DNA of 64,000 bases from Rhizophagus irregularis (lineage: Eukaryota). The translations under genes and the position numbers were made by a program. Positions 62,956 through 64,000 of this stretch are shown here, piece after piece. The notes below the pieces were generated by a model. That model saw nothing but the letters and a program-made list of their open reading frames with translations. It ran no database searches and was not told the origin of the DNA. Location: assembly GCF_026210795.1 (NCBI RefSeq), contig NC_089429.1:1860001-1924000 (forward strand), written 5' to 3'. Each line of letters begins with the position of its first letter. The first letter of the stretch is position 1.

Positions 62956-64000
62956 GTTTTAAATGCATTTCCCATTAAACTTATGTACAGTATATAACAC
63001 ATGTCATTCTTTATACCATCTTTTCATATTTGCGTTGCTATAGAAAAGAGATCATAAATAATGTAATTAAATACGCAGTATTAAACACAATTAAATCAAA
63101 ATTTCTTTATTATACAGGTGAACTAAATAAATTGTTAATTAATGGAGCTTATATGATTTCTGGTATAACCATACTTTGAATTTTAATATGTAAATACTGT
63201 AATATATTATAAATCATGATATTTTATTTCTTTTTATAATTTCATATAAAGTTGATTTGAGAATACATAACCAAAAGGTTAAAATCATGTTATTATAAAA
63301 TATAGTCTAAACCTGTGAAAGTTAATTTTTAAGAAGTGTGAAAATTTTATAATTATAAATAGATATAAAGTTAGCAATCAACTTTTTAACCGGAGAATAT
63401 TAAATTATTAATTCGAAATGACCTAAAATTCCAGCCCGCATATTCAAAAAAAATTTATATTTAAACTACTAATATGAAGAATGATAAAGTAAATTTTGTT
63501 TCTAATTCGAAAAATGATGTCACTTGCTTGATAAAGTTATTTATGTTGCTAAATTCATTTGTCCTCTATATAATGATAAGATATAAATAATAAGCAGAGT
63601 GAGTAGTAGACTAAAATTAACAAGCATACAGTACGGGAGTATTGACATAGTGTACGTTATAAGATAAAAATTTTAAAATTTTTAAAACCTTTGGAACTAA
63701 ATATTTTTTACGAATTCGTATTTGGAAGCTATTATTATTTTTTTCTTTTTTGAAAATAGTTTATATATTTATTATACATGTTAAAATATCTAGATTTAAT
63801 CCAGTATCGCTTTACACTTCAAGCATATTCCAAGAATTATCAATGTTTGTCGGCCAAAATTAAAAATTTCGATAAATACATTATATATAAAGAAATGTGT
63901 GAGCTATAAATTTTTTTTTTTTTTAAACACTAAACATTATGACATGACATCACTATGACATGACATCACAAAAAGATAAAAATATTTATTTTTATTTTAT

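Noticed and set aside
1..64000. tRNA, rRNA or autonomous transposase/reverse transcriptase genes
   Set aside because: None recognised; only a short RNase H relic is visible.

Overview
Very AT-rich eukaryotic DNA with short GT-AG introns. Gene-family content points to an arbuscular mycorrhizal fungus (Glomeromycotina, Rhizophagus-like); this is inferred, not confirmed by search. The window holds nine intact single-exon F-box/LRR (RNI-like) paralogs starting MACSK/MTCSK plus a pseudogene and fragments, two intact and three decayed TKL-type protein kinase genes, and many non-autonomous transposon remnants (foldback elements, 9-bp-TSD MITEs, Helitron-like ends, LINE fragments). The main finding is the apparent minisatellite at about 5.4-8.2 kb. 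On the minus strand it reads as 30 short introns (GT donor, usually an ACTAAC-type branch site, AG acceptor) separated by 28 three-nucleotide micro-exons and one single-nucleotide exon. Together these join an MGQCISK acylation-motif exon in frame and without stops to the kinase domain (34 coding exons, 430 aa). All gene models were derived by eye and need transcript confirmation.
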